Source: Collinsella sp.
GTDB taxonomy: Bacteria; Actinomycetota; Coriobacteriia; Coriobacteriales; Coriobacteriaceae
DNA length: 64,000 bases
Direction: 5' to 3'
NCBI GenBank assembly: GCA_048402045.1
Contig: DBGDSC010000041.1
Span: forward strand, 15,637-79,636
The notes beneath the pieces are model-generated. The model was given only the letters and a program-made list of their open reading frames with translations. It had not been told where the DNA came from and made no database searches. Below are positions 33,575-43,618 of the stretch, in pieces; positions within the stretch are counted from its first letter, which is position 1; each line of letters starts with the position of its first letter. Made by a program: the position numbers and the translations under genes.

Positions 33575-35251
33575 TTAGGCGAGCTCAGCGGTACCCAGAT
33601 CGGCGTGCTTCTGCGGATCGACATAGAGGTGCTTGATGCGATCGGAGCCGGCGATGGTGTGCGTGTAGAACATAATCGGGATGACCGGGCAGTCGGCAGC
33701 GACCATTGCGTCGGCCTCCTGCATCTTAGCGACGCGCTCCTCGTCGTCAACAATAGTACGAGCCTCGTCGACCTTGGCGTCGAACTCGGGGTTGTTGTAA
33801 CCGGAGCGGTTGTCGCCACCGAGGGAGTCGGAGTGGAACAGCGGATACAGGAAGTTGTCCATGATCGGGTAGTCGGCAATCCAACCCATACGACCGAACT
33901 GATAGTTAAAGTTCTGATACTGCTCGAGCAGGGCAGACCACTCAGGGGTATCGGAGACAGCGGTAACGCCAACCTTGGCGAGGTCGCCGATGATGGACTC
34001 CATGATCTCCTTGTGACCGCCGTCCTGGTTGTAGGACAGGGTCACGCTAATGCCACGATCCCCGTTAGCGCCAGCGGGAGCAACCTTGTCGAGGTACTCG
34101 TTAGCCTTGTCGACATCGTAGGCGCAGAACTCCCATGCGCCCTCCTTGTAGCCATCGATGCCCGGAGGAACAATGCCGTCGGCAGGGGTACGGGTACCCT
34201 TGAAGATGGTCTTGCAGATGGCCTCACGGTTAATGGCCAGGGAGATGCCCCTACGCAGGTCGGCGTTGTTGAACGGCTCGGCCGTGGTGTTGCAGGTCAG
34301 ATAGTACGTGGAAGGCTCGGCGCCGAGCAGCATGCGCTCGCCGTCACCCATGGTGTAGCCGTCCTTGGACACGCCGCGATCCTTCTTGGCGGCATCGATC
34401 TGAGCGACGGGAACGTCGCAGACATCGAGGTTACCGGCCTGGAACTCCTTGTAAGCGGTCTCCATGTCCTTGATGACCTGGAAGTGGATGCCATCGATCT
34501 TGGCCTTGTCGCCATAGTAATCGTCGAACTTCTTGACGTTGATCTCCTGGCCATCCTCCCACTTGCCGTCCATCATGAACGGGCCGTTACCGACCGGGGC
34601 AAGATAGAAGCTCTTGACATCGGACTCGGCGCACTCGGGAACCGGGGCCAGAGCCGGATGAGAGGCGACGAAGGGGAAGTCAGCGTAAGCGGAAGACAGC
34701 TTGACGACGAGGGTCTCATCGTCGGGGCACGTAACACCGCTGAGCTCGGTAGCGTTACCGGCAAGCAGGTCGTCATAACCCTCGACCATGGAAAGGTGAT
34801 AGGAGACCTCGGAAGGACCGTACTCGGTAGCGATGGCCGACTTGGTGTTGACCAGACGCTCCCAACCGAGCTTGAAGGACTTGGAGGTAACGTCGTCACC
34901 GTTGTGGAACTTGGCCTTCTTGATCTTGAAGGTAAACTCGGTGGCGTCGTCGTTGGACTCAAAGGACTCGCAAGCCAGCGGAACGATCTCGCCCTTCTCG
35001 GCGTCGTAAGAGGTCAGAGCGTCAAAGAGCTGGTACTCGACCTGAGTGCCCTGGTCCTCCTGGACATTGTAGGGGTCGATGCAGACCGGGTTGTTGATGT
35101 AGAAGTTCAGCGTCGAACCGGACTCAGAACCGGAAGCGTCGCCACCCTTCTTGCCACATGCGGCAAGAAAAGCCATGGAGCTCGCAGCAAGGGTGCCACC
35201 AACAAAGGCGCGACGACCCATAACGGGCTGGTGGAACATAGAATCAGCCAT
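33575..35251 (-). CDS. oppA: Oligopeptide ABC transporter substrate-binding lipoprotein (family 5), Tat-type signal
   Basis: ATG at 35251 after AGGAGG. N-terminus MADSMFHQPVMGRRAFVGGTLAASSMAFLAACG (RR motif plus lipobox). Confidence 0.85.
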   Translation of the reverse strand: MADSMFHQPVMGRRAFVGGTLAASSMAFLAACGKKGGDASGSESGSTLNFYINNPVCIDPYNVQEDQGTQVEYQLFDALTSYDAEKGEIVPLACESFESNDDATEFTFKIKKAKFHNGDDVTSKSFKLGWERLVNTKSAIATEYGPSEVSYHLSMVEGYDDLLAGNATELSGVTCPDDETLVVKLSSAYADFPFVASHPALAPVPECAESDVKSFYLAPVGNGPFMMDGKWEDGQEINVKKFDDYYGDKAKIDGIHFQVIKDMETAYKEFQAGNLDVCDVPVAQIDAAKKDRGVSKDGYTMGDGERMLLGAEPSTYYLTCNTTAEPFNNADLRRGISLAINREAICKTIFKGTRTPADGIVPPGIDGYKEGAWEFCAYDVDKANEYLDKVAPAGANGDRGISVTLSYNQDGGHKEIMESIIGDLAKVGVTAVSDTPEWSALLEQYQNFNYQFGRMGWIADYPIMDNFLYPLFHSDSLGGDNRSGYNNPEFDAKVDEARTIVDDEERVAKMQEADAMVAADCPVIPIMFYTHTIAGSDRIKHLYVDPQKHADLGTAELA

Positions 35252-35492
35252 GCCATCCTCCTTATGAGATAGGACAAAGAAATGTTCAGTCGGACACATG
35301 TCGAAACAATCCGATCCGAACCATCAAAACGCCGCCCGCTGCTATGGCTGGTTATGCACAACGGACCAACGTTTTGTAATACAGTAGCGCATTTTATACA
35401 CAATTTGGGGCTAATTCCGGTTAACGGTCGAGAATTTCTTTAGTTGGGCGAAGTATGTGGGGATATTTTGACTCTGCTACAAATATGTAAAC

Positions 35493-35524
35493 AAAAAGGG
35501 TCCCGCACTTACGGGACCCTTTTT
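35493..35524. terminator. Bidirectional rho-independent terminator after secG
   Basis: AAAAA-GGGTCCCG-CACTTA-CGGGACCC-TTTTT. Confidence 0.8.
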
Positions 35525-35545
35525 GAATATTTATGCGGCTCGTGC

Positions 35546-35800
35546 TTAGTAGCCGACGATGCCCTGCGGGAAGAAGAACATGCACAGCACGACGCACACG
35601 GCAAACACGACAGCCATGATGACGGTCAGGCGGTCGAGGTTCTGCTCCATGACGCCCGTGGCAGAGCTGGAGTTATACAGCGAGCTAGCGATCATATCCG
35701 AAACGCCGGTGCCCTTACCGGAATGCATCAGGACGAGAATCGTCAGCGCCACGGCAGAGACAGCCCAAACGACAAACAGAAGAATCTGGAACGGACCCAT
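35546..35800 (-). CDS. secG: Preprotein translocase subunit SecG
   Basis: 84 aa. Contains LMHSGKGTGVSDM and two TM helices. ATG after AAGGAG. Confidence 0.85.
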   Translation of the reverse strand: MGPFQILLFVVWAVSAVALTILVLMHSGKGTGVSDMIASSLYNSSSATGVMEQNLDRLTVIMAVVFAVCVVLCMFFFPQGIVGY

Positions 35801-35904
35801 AGATAAGCTCCTTAATAGAACAGTTTAAACTCCAGTACTGTACCACAATCCCCCGCTCTCCCCTACCTGCCACTCAAGGACGGGGTGGAAATGGCAGAAA
35901 TACC

Positions 35905-35937
35905 AAAAAGGGGGTTGTCCGGTTGTGGACAACCCCC
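35905..35937 (-). terminator. Rho-independent terminator after gpmI
   Basis: GGGGGTTGTCC (35910-35920) pairs with GGACAACCCCC (35927-35937). TTTTTGG follows on the minus strand. Confidence 0.75.
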
Positions 35938-35964
35938 TTACTAGAAAACGGTATTTGTTTTCTA

Positions 35965-37518
35965 TTAGGCCTCGGTGGCGAGCACGCGGCCCGTCATCTC
36001 GGCGGAAGGCTCAATACCAGCCATGGTGAGCATGGTCGGAGCGATATCGGAAAGACGGCCGTCCTCGATACCGGTGAGCTTGGCCTTCTCATCAACGATG
36101 ATGAACGGAACGCGGTTGGTGGTGTGAGCCGTAAACGGATGCTTGGAACCGTCGGAAGCAACGTCAAACATGTGATCGGCGTTGCCGTGGTCGGCGGTGA
36201 TCAGCGCAAAGCCGCCCTTGGCGAGAATCGCCGGGACAACCTTAGACAGGGCATCGTCAACGGCCTCGACGGCCTTAACGGCGGCGTCGAAGACACCGGT
36301 GTGACCAACCATGTCGCAGTTTGCGAAGTTCACGATGTAGAAATCAGCGCGATCCTCGTTGATGGCAGCGACGAGCTTCTCGGTAACCTCGGGAGCGCTC
36401 ATCTCAGGCTGCAGATCGTAGGTAGCGACCTTGGGGGAAGCGACGAGCACGCGCTCCTCGCCCTCCTTGGGCTCCTCGATGCCGCCGTTGAGGAAGAACG
36501 TCACGTGGGCGTACTTCTCGGTCTCGGCGGTGTGCAGCTGCTTCAGGCCATTGGCGGCAATAACGTCGGCCAGGACGTTCTCGGGGAACGTCTTGGGGAA
36601 GGCGACCTCGACATCAAACGTCGGATCGTACTCGGTCATCGTCACAAAGTGCGAAAGCTTGATCTGCTTGCGCTCAAAGCCGTCGAACTCCTTGTCCGTG
36701 AACACGCGGGTCATCTGACGGGCGCGGTCGGGACGGAAGTTGAAGAAGATGGCCGCGTCGCCCTCGTGGATACCCTCGTTGTGGGCAGCGAAGGGCTCGA
36801 CGAACTCGTCGCCGCGCGGGTCCTTCTCGTAGTAGGCCTTGATGCCGGCAACGGGGTCGACATCGGCATCGGACGCATTGACCATGACGTCGTAGGCACG
36901 CTGGATGCGCTCCCAACGGTTGTCGCGGTCCATGGCCCAATAGCGGCCAGAAACGGTGGCGACGCGAGCGTCGCAACCGGTCTCCTCGGAGATCTTCGCC
37001 AGGAAGGCGCAGAACTCGCTCATGTAGCCGGCACCGGACTGCGGGTCAACGTCGCGGCCATCCATGAAGGCGTGGACGCGAACGGTCTTGACACCGTGCT
37101 CGGCAGCCATCTTGACCAGAGCCTCGACGTGGTTCATGTGAGAATGGACACCGCCAGGGCTCATAAGGCCCATGAGGTGGAGAGTCTTGCCGTCAGCCTT
37201 GACATCGTCCATAGCCTTGACGAAAACCTCGTTCTTGGCGATGGAGCCGTCCTTGATGGCATTGTTGATGCGCGAAAGCTCCTGGAACACGATGCGGCCG
37301 GCACCGATATTGAGGTGGCCTACCTCGGAGTTGCCCATCTGGCCGTCGGGAAGGCCCACGTCCTCGCCCGAAGCGCCGAGCGTGGTGTGGGGGTACTTCT
37401 CGTACAGGCTATCAAGGAAGGGCGTCTTGGCAGCGGCGACGGCGTTCTCACCATCGGCTGGAGCAAGGCCGCAGCCATCCATGATAATCAGGAGTGCAGG
37501 AAGATGACGCTGTGCCAT
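35965..37518 (-). CDS. gpmI: 2,3-bisphosphoglycerate-independent phosphoglycerate mutase
   Basis: Motifs LLIIMDGCG, GQMGNSEVGHLNIGAGR and ADHGNADHM. Confidence 0.9.
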   Translation of the reverse strand: MAQRHLPALLIIMDGCGLAPADGENAVAAAKTPFLDSLYEKYPHTTLGASGEDVGLPDGQMGNSEVGHLNIGAGRIVFQELSRINNAIKDGSIAKNEVFVKAMDDVKADGKTLHLMGLMSPGGVHSHMNHVEALVKMAAEHGVKTVRVHAFMDGRDVDPQSGAGYMSEFCAFLAKISEETGCDARVATVSGRYWAMDRDNRWERIQRAYDVMVNASDADVDPVAGIKAYYEKDPRGDEFVEPFAAHNEGIHEGDAAIFFNFRPDRARQMTRVFTDKEFDGFERKQIKLSHFVTMTEYDPTFDVEVAFPKTFPENVLADVIAANGLKQLHTAETEKYAHVTFFLNGGIEEPKEGEERVLVASPKVATYDLQPEMSAPEVTEKLVAAINEDRADFYIVNFANCDMVGHTGVFDAAVKAVEAVDDALSKVVPAILAKGGFALITADHGNADHMFDVASDGSKHPFTAHTTNRVPFIIVDEKAKLTGIEDGRLSDIAPTMLTMAGIEPSAEMTGRVLATEA

Positions 37519-37523
37519 ATGTC

Positions 37524-38291
37524 CTACTCGCCTGCCTTGACGACCATAGAGGCGAAGTCGGTAGCCTTGAGCGAAGCGCCGCCCACGAGGGCGCCGTCAA
37601 CGTCGGGCTTGGCGACGAGCTCAGCGATGTTGCCAGGCTTGGCAGAGCCACCATAGAGAACGCGGATGCCGTTAGCGAGCTCCTCGCCGAACATCTCCTT
37701 GAGGGTCTCACGGATAGCGCCGCAGACCTCCTGAGCGTCCTCGGCGGTAGCGGTCTTGCCGGTGCCAATGGCCCAGATGGGCTCGTAGGCGACGACGACC
37801 TGCTTGGGGCAGGTGATCTCAAGACCAGCAAGGCCAGCCTTGACCTGGTTCACGACGTGCTCGACATAGGTGCCAGCCTCGCGGACCTCGAGGGACTCGC
37901 CGCAGCAGAAGACGGGAACAAGACCGGCGGCAACGAGAGCCTTGGCCTTCTTGTTCTGGTCCTCGTCGGTCTCGTGGAAGTAGTCACGACGCTCGGAGTG
38001 GCCAATGATGCAATAGGTGCAGCCAGCGGACTTGAGCATGTCGCAAGAGGACTCACCGGTGAAGGCACCCTTGGCCTCCCAGTACACGTTCTGTGCACCG
38101 AGGGCGATGGGGGCAGCCTGAATGCGGTCATGAACCGTGGTGATGTCGATGGTCGGAGGGCAGACGAGCACCTCGACGCCAGCCGGAACCTCGGGCAGAG
38201 CCTGAGCCAGCTCGTCGGCGAGTTTGGCGGCCTCGGCGACGTCGTTGTTCATCTTCCAGTTACCAGCGATGAGAAGGGTGCGATTAGGCAT
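37524..38291 (-). CDS. tpiA: Triosephosphate isomerase
   Basis: ATG at 38291. Motifs LIAGNWKMN, IIGHSERR and AYEPIWAIGTGKTA. Overlaps the pgk stop by 8 nt. Confidence 0.9.
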   Translation of the reverse strand: MPNRTLLIAGNWKMNNDVAEAAKLADELAQALPEVPAGVEVLVCPPTIDITTVHDRIQAAPIALGAQNVYWEAKGAFTGESSCDMLKSAGCTYCIIGHSERRDYFHETDEDQNKKAKALVAAGLVPVFCCGESLEVREAGTYVEHVVNQVKAGLAGLEITCPKQVVVAYEPIWAIGTGKTATAEDAQEVCGAIRETLKEMFGEELANGIRVLYGGSAKPGNIAELVAKPDVDGALVGGASLKATDFASMVVKAGE

Positions 38292-39474
38292 CGAGAAGCG
38301 CCTCCACTCCGGGCAGGGCCTTACCCTCGACGAGCTCCATGGAAGCGCCACCACCGGTGGAGATCCAGCTCATCTTGTCGGCCAGGTTGAACTTGTTGAC
38401 AGCCGCGACAGAGTCGCCACCGCCGATGATCGAGGTGCAGTCGGCCTCGGCGACAGCCTCGGCGATAGCCTGGGTGCCGTGAGCGAAGTTGTCGAACTCG
38501 AAGACGCCCATGGGGCCATTCCAGAACACAGTCTTGGCGCCCTTGACGGCCTCGGCGTAGAGCTCCTCGGTCTTAGGACCGATGTCCATGCCCTCGCGGT
38601 CGTCAGGGATAGCGTCGGAAGCAACAACCTCGGGGACAGCGTCCTCGCCAAAGTGATCGGCAACACGGTTGTCGATGGGGAGCAGGATCTTGACGCCCTT
38701 CTCCTCAGCCTTCTTGAGCATCTCGCCGGCGCGCTCGACCCAGTCCTCTTCCTTGAGGGACTGACCGACGGACAGGCCCTGAGCCAGGAAGAAGGTGTAG
38801 GCCATGCCGCCACCGATGATCAGGGTGTCAGCAGAGTCGATGAGGTGATCGAGAACACCGATCTTGGAGGAAACCTTGGAACCGCCGACGATAGCGACGA
38901 AGGGGCGCTCGGGCTCGGCGAAGATGCCGGTCAGCGTGTCGACCTCCTTCTCAAGCAGGAAGCCAGCGACGGCAGGCAGGTAAGCGGCGGGGCCCACGAC
39001 GGAACCCTGGGCGCGGTGAGCGGTGCCGAAGGCATCGAGAACGAAGACGTCACCATAGGAAGCGAGCTTCTTGGCGATCTCGGGATCGTTCTTCTTCTCA
39101 CGCTTATCGAAGCGGACGTTCTCGAGAACGAGAACCTTGCCCGGCTCGACGGCGGCGACAGCCTCAGCAGCCTTCTCGCCGTAGGTGTCGGCGACAAAGG
39201 CAACGTCGAGACCAGAGAGCTCAGCGAGCTTCTTGGCGACGGGCTCAAGGGAGAGCTCGGGCTGGAAGCCGGTGCCCTCGGGACGGCCGAGGTGGCTCAT
39301 GAGGATGACGCGAGCGTTGTGCTCAACGAGGTAGTTGATGGTGGGCAGGGCAGCCTTGATACGGGTGGTGTCGCCAACGACGCCATCCTTGATAGGCACG
39401 TTGAAGTCAACGCGGACGAGAACGCGCTTGCCGTCGACATCGATGTCGCGGACGGTCTTCTTGGTAAAGGCCAT
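38284..39474 (-). CDS. pgk: Phosphoglycerate kinase
   Basis: ATG at 39474. Motifs RVDFNVP and MSHLGRP, then GGGDS near the C-terminus. Confidence 0.9.
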   Translation of the reverse strand: MAFTKKTVRDIDVDGKRVLVRVDFNVPIKDGVVGDTTRIKAALPTINYLVEHNARVILMSHLGRPEGTGFQPELSLEPVAKKLAELSGLDVAFVADTYGEKAAEAVAAVEPGKVLVLENVRFDKREKKNDPEIAKKLASYGDVFVLDAFGTAHRAQGSVVGPAAYLPAVAGFLLEKEVDTLTGIFAEPERPFVAIVGGSKVSSKIGVLDHLIDSADTLIIGGGMAYTFFLAQGLSVGQSLKEEDWVERAGEMLKKAEEKGVKILLPIDNRVADHFGEDAVPEVVASDAIPDDREGMDIGPKTEELYAEAVKGAKTVFWNGPMGVFEFDNFAHGTQAIAEAVAEADCTSIIGGGDSVAAVNKFNLADKMSWISTGGGASMELVEGKALPGVEALLDA

Positions 39475-39529
39475 GTTTGCTTCTACCTTTCGTACGTGTC
39501 TGCCTCCCATTACGGCAGACGATTTCCTA

Positions 39530-39575
39530 TAAAAAGGGCGCGACCTTAGGGTGTAAGCCCTATAAGGCCGCGCCC
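39530..39575 (-). terminator. Hairpin terminator/attenuator between gap and pgk
   Basis: GGGCGCGACCTTA (39536-39548) pairs with TAAGGCCGCGCCC (39563-39575). TTTTTAT follows on the minus strand. Confidence 0.65.
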
Positions 39576-39614
39576 TTCTTTAGACGCTCAACGAGCTATT
39601 CGCTAAAAGCTAAA

Positions 39615-40640
39615 TTAAGCAACGAACTTCTCGAAGTACTTGATGGTGCGGACCATCTGAGAGGTGTAAGAGTTCTCGTTGTCGTACCAAGAGGTGACCT
39701 GAACGAGGGTCTGGCCGTTGCCGAGGTCAGAGCACATGGTCTGAGTGGCGTCGAAGATAGAGCCATGGGTCTCGCCGATGATGTCGGTGGAGACGATGTC
39801 GTCCTCGTTGTAACCGAAGGTCTCGGAGATGGTGGCAGCGTAGGCCTTCATAGCAGCGTTGACCTCGTCGACGGTGACCTTCTTGTCAACGACAGCGTAG
39901 AGGTTGGTGATGGAGCCGGTCGGCGTCGGGACGCGCTGGGCGGCACCGATGAGCTTACCGTTGAGCTCGGGGAGAACCAGGCCGATAGCCTTGGCAGCAC
40001 CGGTGGTGTTGGGGACGATGTTGACGGCGCAGGCACGGCTACGACGCTTGTTGCCCTTGCGCTGCGGGCCATCGAGCGGCATCTGGTCGCCGGTCCAGGC
40101 GTGAATGGTGGTCATGATGCCGGACACGATGGGAGCGAAGTCGTTGAGACCCTTGGCCATCGGGGCGAGGCAGTTGGTGGTGCAGGAAGCAGCGGAGATG
40201 ATGTTGTCCTCAGCGGTCAGCGTCTCGTGGTTGACGTTGTACACGATGGTGGGCAGATCGCTGCCGGCCGGAGCGGAGATGACGACCTTCTTGGCGCCAG
40301 CGTTGATGTGAGCCTGAGCCTTAGCCTTGCTGGTGTAGAAGCCGGTGCACTCGAGAACGACGTCGACGTCGAGGTCGCCCCAAGGCAGGTTGTTGGCGTC
40401 GGCCTCCTTGTAGATCTTGATCTCCTTGCCGTCAACGGTGATGGAATCCTCGCCAGCAACGACCTCGTGATCGCGAGCGTAGTTGCCCTGCGTGGAGTCG
40501 TACTTCAGCAGGTAAGCGAGCATATCGGGAGAGGTGAGGTCGTTGATAGCGACGATCTCGGAGCCCTCATGACCGAACATCTGACGGAAAGCCAGACGAC
40601 CGATGCGACCGAAGCCGTTAATAGCAACCTTTACTGCCAT
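39615..40640 (-). CDS. gap: Glyceraldehyde-3-phosphate dehydrogenase (type I)
   Basis: ATG at 40640 after AGGAGA. Motifs [21 protein letters not shown] and WYDNE. Confidence 0.95.
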   Translation of the reverse strand: MAVKVAINGFGRIGRLAFRQMFGHEGSEIVAINDLTSPDMLAYLLKYDSTQGNYARDHEVVAGEDSITVDGKEIKIYKEADANNLPWGDLDVDVVLECTGFYTSKAKAQAHINAGAKKVVISAPAGSDLPTIVYNVNHETLTAEDNIISAASCTTNCLAPMAKGLNDFAPIVSGIMTTIHAWTGDQMPLDGPQRKGNKRRSRACAVNIVPNTTGAAKAIGLVLPELNGKLIGAAQRVPTPTGSITNLYAVVDKKVTVDEVNAAMKAYAATISETFGYNEDDIVSTDIIGETHGSIFDATQTMCSDLGNGQTLVQVTSWYDNENSYTSQMVRTIKYFEKFVA

Positions 40641-40833
40641 TGTGTCTCCTTTCGTAAGGCCCCCGCGAGCTACAGCGCCCGCCGTTGAGGCCCACAAACT
40701 AACCACTCGCCTAATATACCTTTTTTTTGACTTGAATTTCACGAGAATGCTCGAAATTGAAAATCAAATTTACGTTAAAACGTTTTAAAGAGTAAAACAG
40801 CAGTTCAATCCCTATATAAGCAGTTTCGCTCAA

Positions 40834-41763
40834 CTACCTGTTTGCTTCAATGAGCTTTTCAAGCCTCAAAACTCGATGGTAGAGGGCCGACTTCGACAAG
40901 GGAGGGTCAGCCATCTCGCCCAAATCGCGCAGCGACAGATCGGGATAGCGCTCGCGTAGGTCGCAAAAGACCGCCAAGGCGTCCGGAAGCGTGTCACGCA
41001 AACCCCGCTGTTCGAGCTCGTCGATCAACGCAAGCTGATGCTGGGCGGCACCCGCACTTCTGGTCTGATTTGCCAGCTCGGCATTCACGCGACGGTTTAC
41101 GTCGTTCTTAACCAATTTGACCGCGCGCGCTTCCTCGATCTCGGCAACGCTGCGCTTGGCGCCGACCAGCTTTAGGAGCTGTTCGATCTCCTCGGCGCTC
41201 TTAATGTAGACAGCAAAGGATCCGCGCCGCGCGTTAACGCGCGCATAGACCCCAATCTGCTCCAATAGATCGCAAAGTCCCCGGGCATACTGCTCGCCCT
41301 GCACCGCGACCTCCAAATGAAAGTCGCCGCGGGGATCGGCCACGAAACCGCCGGCGATGAGCGCGCCGCGGATGTAGGCAAGCCTGCAGCAGGGACGGGC
41401 AACGATGTGCCGGGGAACACCGGCGACGAGTCCTCCCCTGCGGTCTAGAATGCCCAGCAGCACCAGAGCCTTGTCCAGGTCGGGTTGATCGGGCAGGGTA
41501 ATGAGATAGTTACGGACCTTATGCAAGACCGATTTACGAACGGTGAATTCCGTTTTGAGCTTAAGGATGCGATGCGTCAGTGTGATCATCGTGCGCGCGA
41601 CGGCGCCCGTCTCGGTCGCGACCGTCAAACGATACCGCCCGGAGCCGGCCAGCGAAAGTGTACCGCTCACACGCGTCAGGGCGGCAAGCGTCGACAAATC
41701 GCAGTATTCACATTCTGGTTCGCAGCGCGCGAGCTCGTCACGCACCTCGGCGGTAAACGACAT
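40834..41763 (-). CDS. whiA: DNA-binding protein WhiA
   Basis: N-terminus MSFTAEVRDEL, LAGLIDADG-like middle domain, and C-terminal HTH LSKSALYHRVLRLEKL. Confidence 0.85.
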   Translation of the reverse strand: MSFTAEVRDELARCEPECEYCDLSTLAALTRVSGTLSLAGSGRYRLTVATETGAVARTMITLTHRILKLKTEFTVRKSVLHKVRNYLITLPDQPDLDKALVLLGILDRRGGLVAGVPRHIVARPCCRLAYIRGALIAGGFVADPRGDFHLEVAVQGEQYARGLCDLLEQIGVYARVNARRGSFAVYIKSAEEIEQLLKLVGAKRSVAEIEEARAVKLVKNDVNRRVNAELANQTRSAGAAQHQLALIDELEQRGLRDTLPDALAVFCDLRERYPDLSLRDLGEMADPPLSKSALYHRVLRLEKLIEANR

Positions 41764-41769
41764 GCAGGC

Positions 41770-42690
41770 CTATGCTTTCGTGTTGGCGCGCGACAGGTCG
41801 CGATGGGAAATGCTCACGTGATACTGGGCGCCTTCCAAATAACGTGCCGTGGCCTCGGCGATGGCAACGCTGCGGTGTTGACCGCCCGTGCAGCCAATGG
41901 CAATAGAAAGCTGCGGCTTGCCCTCCGCGATATAGCCGGGCATGACCGTATCGAGCAGCTGCGTCCAGGCCTTCCAGAACTCCTGGGTCTTGGGATGGTC
42001 CAGAACAAAGTCGGAGACTTTCTTATCGAGACCGGTCATCGTGCGCATCTCGGAATCGTAGAACGGATTGGGCAGGAAGCGAACGTCAATCATAATGTCC
42101 GCCTCGACGGGCATACCGTGCTTAAAGCCAAACGAGAACACGTGAACGTCCATGAGCTGCTGGTCGGACAACTCGGAAAATGCCATACGCAGCTTGTTGC
42201 GCAGCGCAGAGGTGCGCAGACGGCTCGTGTCGATAATCATATCGGCTCGGTCGCGCACGCCCTGCAGCTGCAGGCGCTCGCGCTGAATCGCATCGGCCGT
42301 AGTCTCCCCCGGCTTGGCAATGGGATGGCGGCGGCGGTTTTCACTATAACGACGGATCAGCACCTCGTCAGAGGCCTCGAGAAACACGATGTCGCAGCTC
42401 ATCTCGCGCTCCTCGAGTGCGGCAACAGCATCGAGCAGCTCATCGAACAAGCCCTGGCTGCGCAGGTCGCAGGTGACGGCAAGATGCCTGCCCACGCCCG
42501 TATTGATGCCGACGAGTTCGGCAAGCTGGGCGATCAGACGCGGAGGCAAGTTGTCGATGCAAAAGTAGCCCATGTCCTCGAACACATGCATGGCCTGCGT
42601 TCGGCCCGATCCGGACATTCCGGTGATGATGACGATATCGGGGATGCGCTCCGAGCGCTCCGCCGCATCCATGGCATCTCCCTTTTGCAT
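41770..42690 (-). CDS. rapZ: RNase adapter / nucleotide-binding protein RapZ (YvcJ family)
   Basis: ATG at 42690, 6 nt after AGGAGG. Walker A GMSGSGRT, then DVRFLPNPF and AIGCTGGQHRSV. Confidence 0.85.
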   Translation of the reverse strand: MQKGDAMDAAERSERIPDIVIITGMSGSGRTQAMHVFEDMGYFCIDNLPPRLIAQLAELVGINTGVGRHLAVTCDLRSQGLFDELLDAVAALEEREMSCDIVFLEASDEVLIRRYSENRRRHPIAKPGETTADAIQRERLQLQGVRDRADMIIDTSRLRTSALRNKLRMAFSELSDQQLMDVHVFSFGFKHGMPVEADIMIDVRFLPNPFYDSEMRTMTGLDKKVSDFVLDHPKTQEFWKAWTQLLDTVMPGYIAEGKPQLSIAIGCTGGQHRSVAIAEATARYLEGAQYHVSISHRDLSRANTKA

Positions 42691-42702
42691 GTGTTGCCTC
42701 CT

Positions 42703-42740
42703 GAAAACAAGCGCGGGACCCAGCAACCCGGGTCCCGCGC
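42703..42740 (-). terminator. Hairpin terminator after nanE
   Basis: GCGCGGGACCC (42711-42721) pairs with GGGTCCCGCGC (42730-42740). TTGTTTTC follows on the minus strand. Confidence 0.7.
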
Positions 42741-42791
42741 GGTCAATTGCCTTTAATGAGTATACCGCCCTGAGCGGATACGAGGTCTGTC

Positions 42792-43478
42792 TTACGCCTC
42801 AAGCGCGGCTTTGAACCAACTCGTAATACTCGTGGGGTGCGTAATGGCAGTGCCTACGACAACTGCCCAGGCGCCCGCATCAATCGCGGCGCGGGCCTCC
42901 TCGGGCGTGTGCACGCGGCCCTCGCAGATGATGGGAAGACCGGGGAATTCCTCGGTCGCCTGACGCAGGAGCGGCAGATCAGGGCCATCGGCCATGGTGC
43001 AGTCGATGGCGGCGACACCGTGAGAAAGCGTAGTGGATACCAGGTCAAAGCCCATATCAACCGCACGGCGAATGTCCTCGATGGTGGCGCAGTCGGCCAT
43101 CAGGAGCACGCCCTCCTCGTGCAGCGGACGGAAGGTATCCTCGACGGTCTTGCCATCGGGACGTGGGCGATCAGTGGCATCAATTGCCACGATGTCGGCA
43201 CCGGCGGCAACGCAGGCGCGAGCGTGGCGCAGCGTCGGCGTGATGTAGACGCCCTCGTGCCCATCCTTCCACAGGCCGATAACAGGAACCTCACAGCGAC
43301 CCTTAATGGCGGCAATGTCGGCAAGGCCCTGGCAGCGGATGGCGGCGGCGCCGCCGAGCTCGCAAGCGCGAGACATTTGAGCCATGGTTTCGGGCGTACG
43401 AAGCGGCTCGCCCATATAGGCCTGAACGCTCACGACGAGCTTGCCCTTCAGGGATTGAATCAAAGGATCAACGGTCAT
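42792..43478 (-). CDS. nanE: N-acetylmannosamine-6-phosphate 2-epimerase
   Basis: LKGKLVVSVQAY...GAAAIRCQG...VIGLWK...DIVAIDAT, the typical NanE pattern. Start is the ATG at 43478. The GTG at 43517 is an alternative. Confidence 0.8.
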   Translation of the reverse strand: MTVDPLIQSLKGKLVVSVQAYMGEPLRTPETMAQMSRACELGGAAAIRCQGLADIAAIKGRCEVPVIGLWKDGHEGVYITPTLRHARACVAAGADIVAIDATDRPRPDGKTVEDTFRPLHEEGVLLMADCATIEDIRRAVDMGFDLVSTTLSHGVAAIDCTMADGPDLPLLRQATEEFPGLPIICEGRVHTPEEARAAIDAGAWAVVVGTAITHPTSITSWFKAALEA

Positions 43479-43503
43479 GTTCGACTCAACCTTTCTCAAA
43501 ATA

Positions 43504-43601
43504 GCCTTCTGAGACACCGCACCTTGACGTTCAAACCGTCGCTCGCGTACCGAAGTACGCTTCGCTCCTCTTTCACGTCAATCTGCGGCACCTCAGAAGG
43601 C
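43504..43601. repeat. 98-nt nested imperfect palindrome between nanK and nanE
   Basis: GCCTTCTGAG (43504-43513) pairs with CTCAGAAGGC (43592-43601). The interior is partly complementary. Centre GCGTAC-CGAA-GTACGC (43545-43560). Confidence 0.55.
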
Positions 43602-43618
43602 GCACTTGGTAGTTATGT

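Noticed and set aside
40641-40833. Rex/CggR-type operator upstream of gap (imperfect palindromes TTTCACGAGAATGCTCGAAA and ACGTTAAAACGT)
   Set aside because: The palindromes are imperfect and match no consensus I can state. The region is generally AT-rich promoter DNA.
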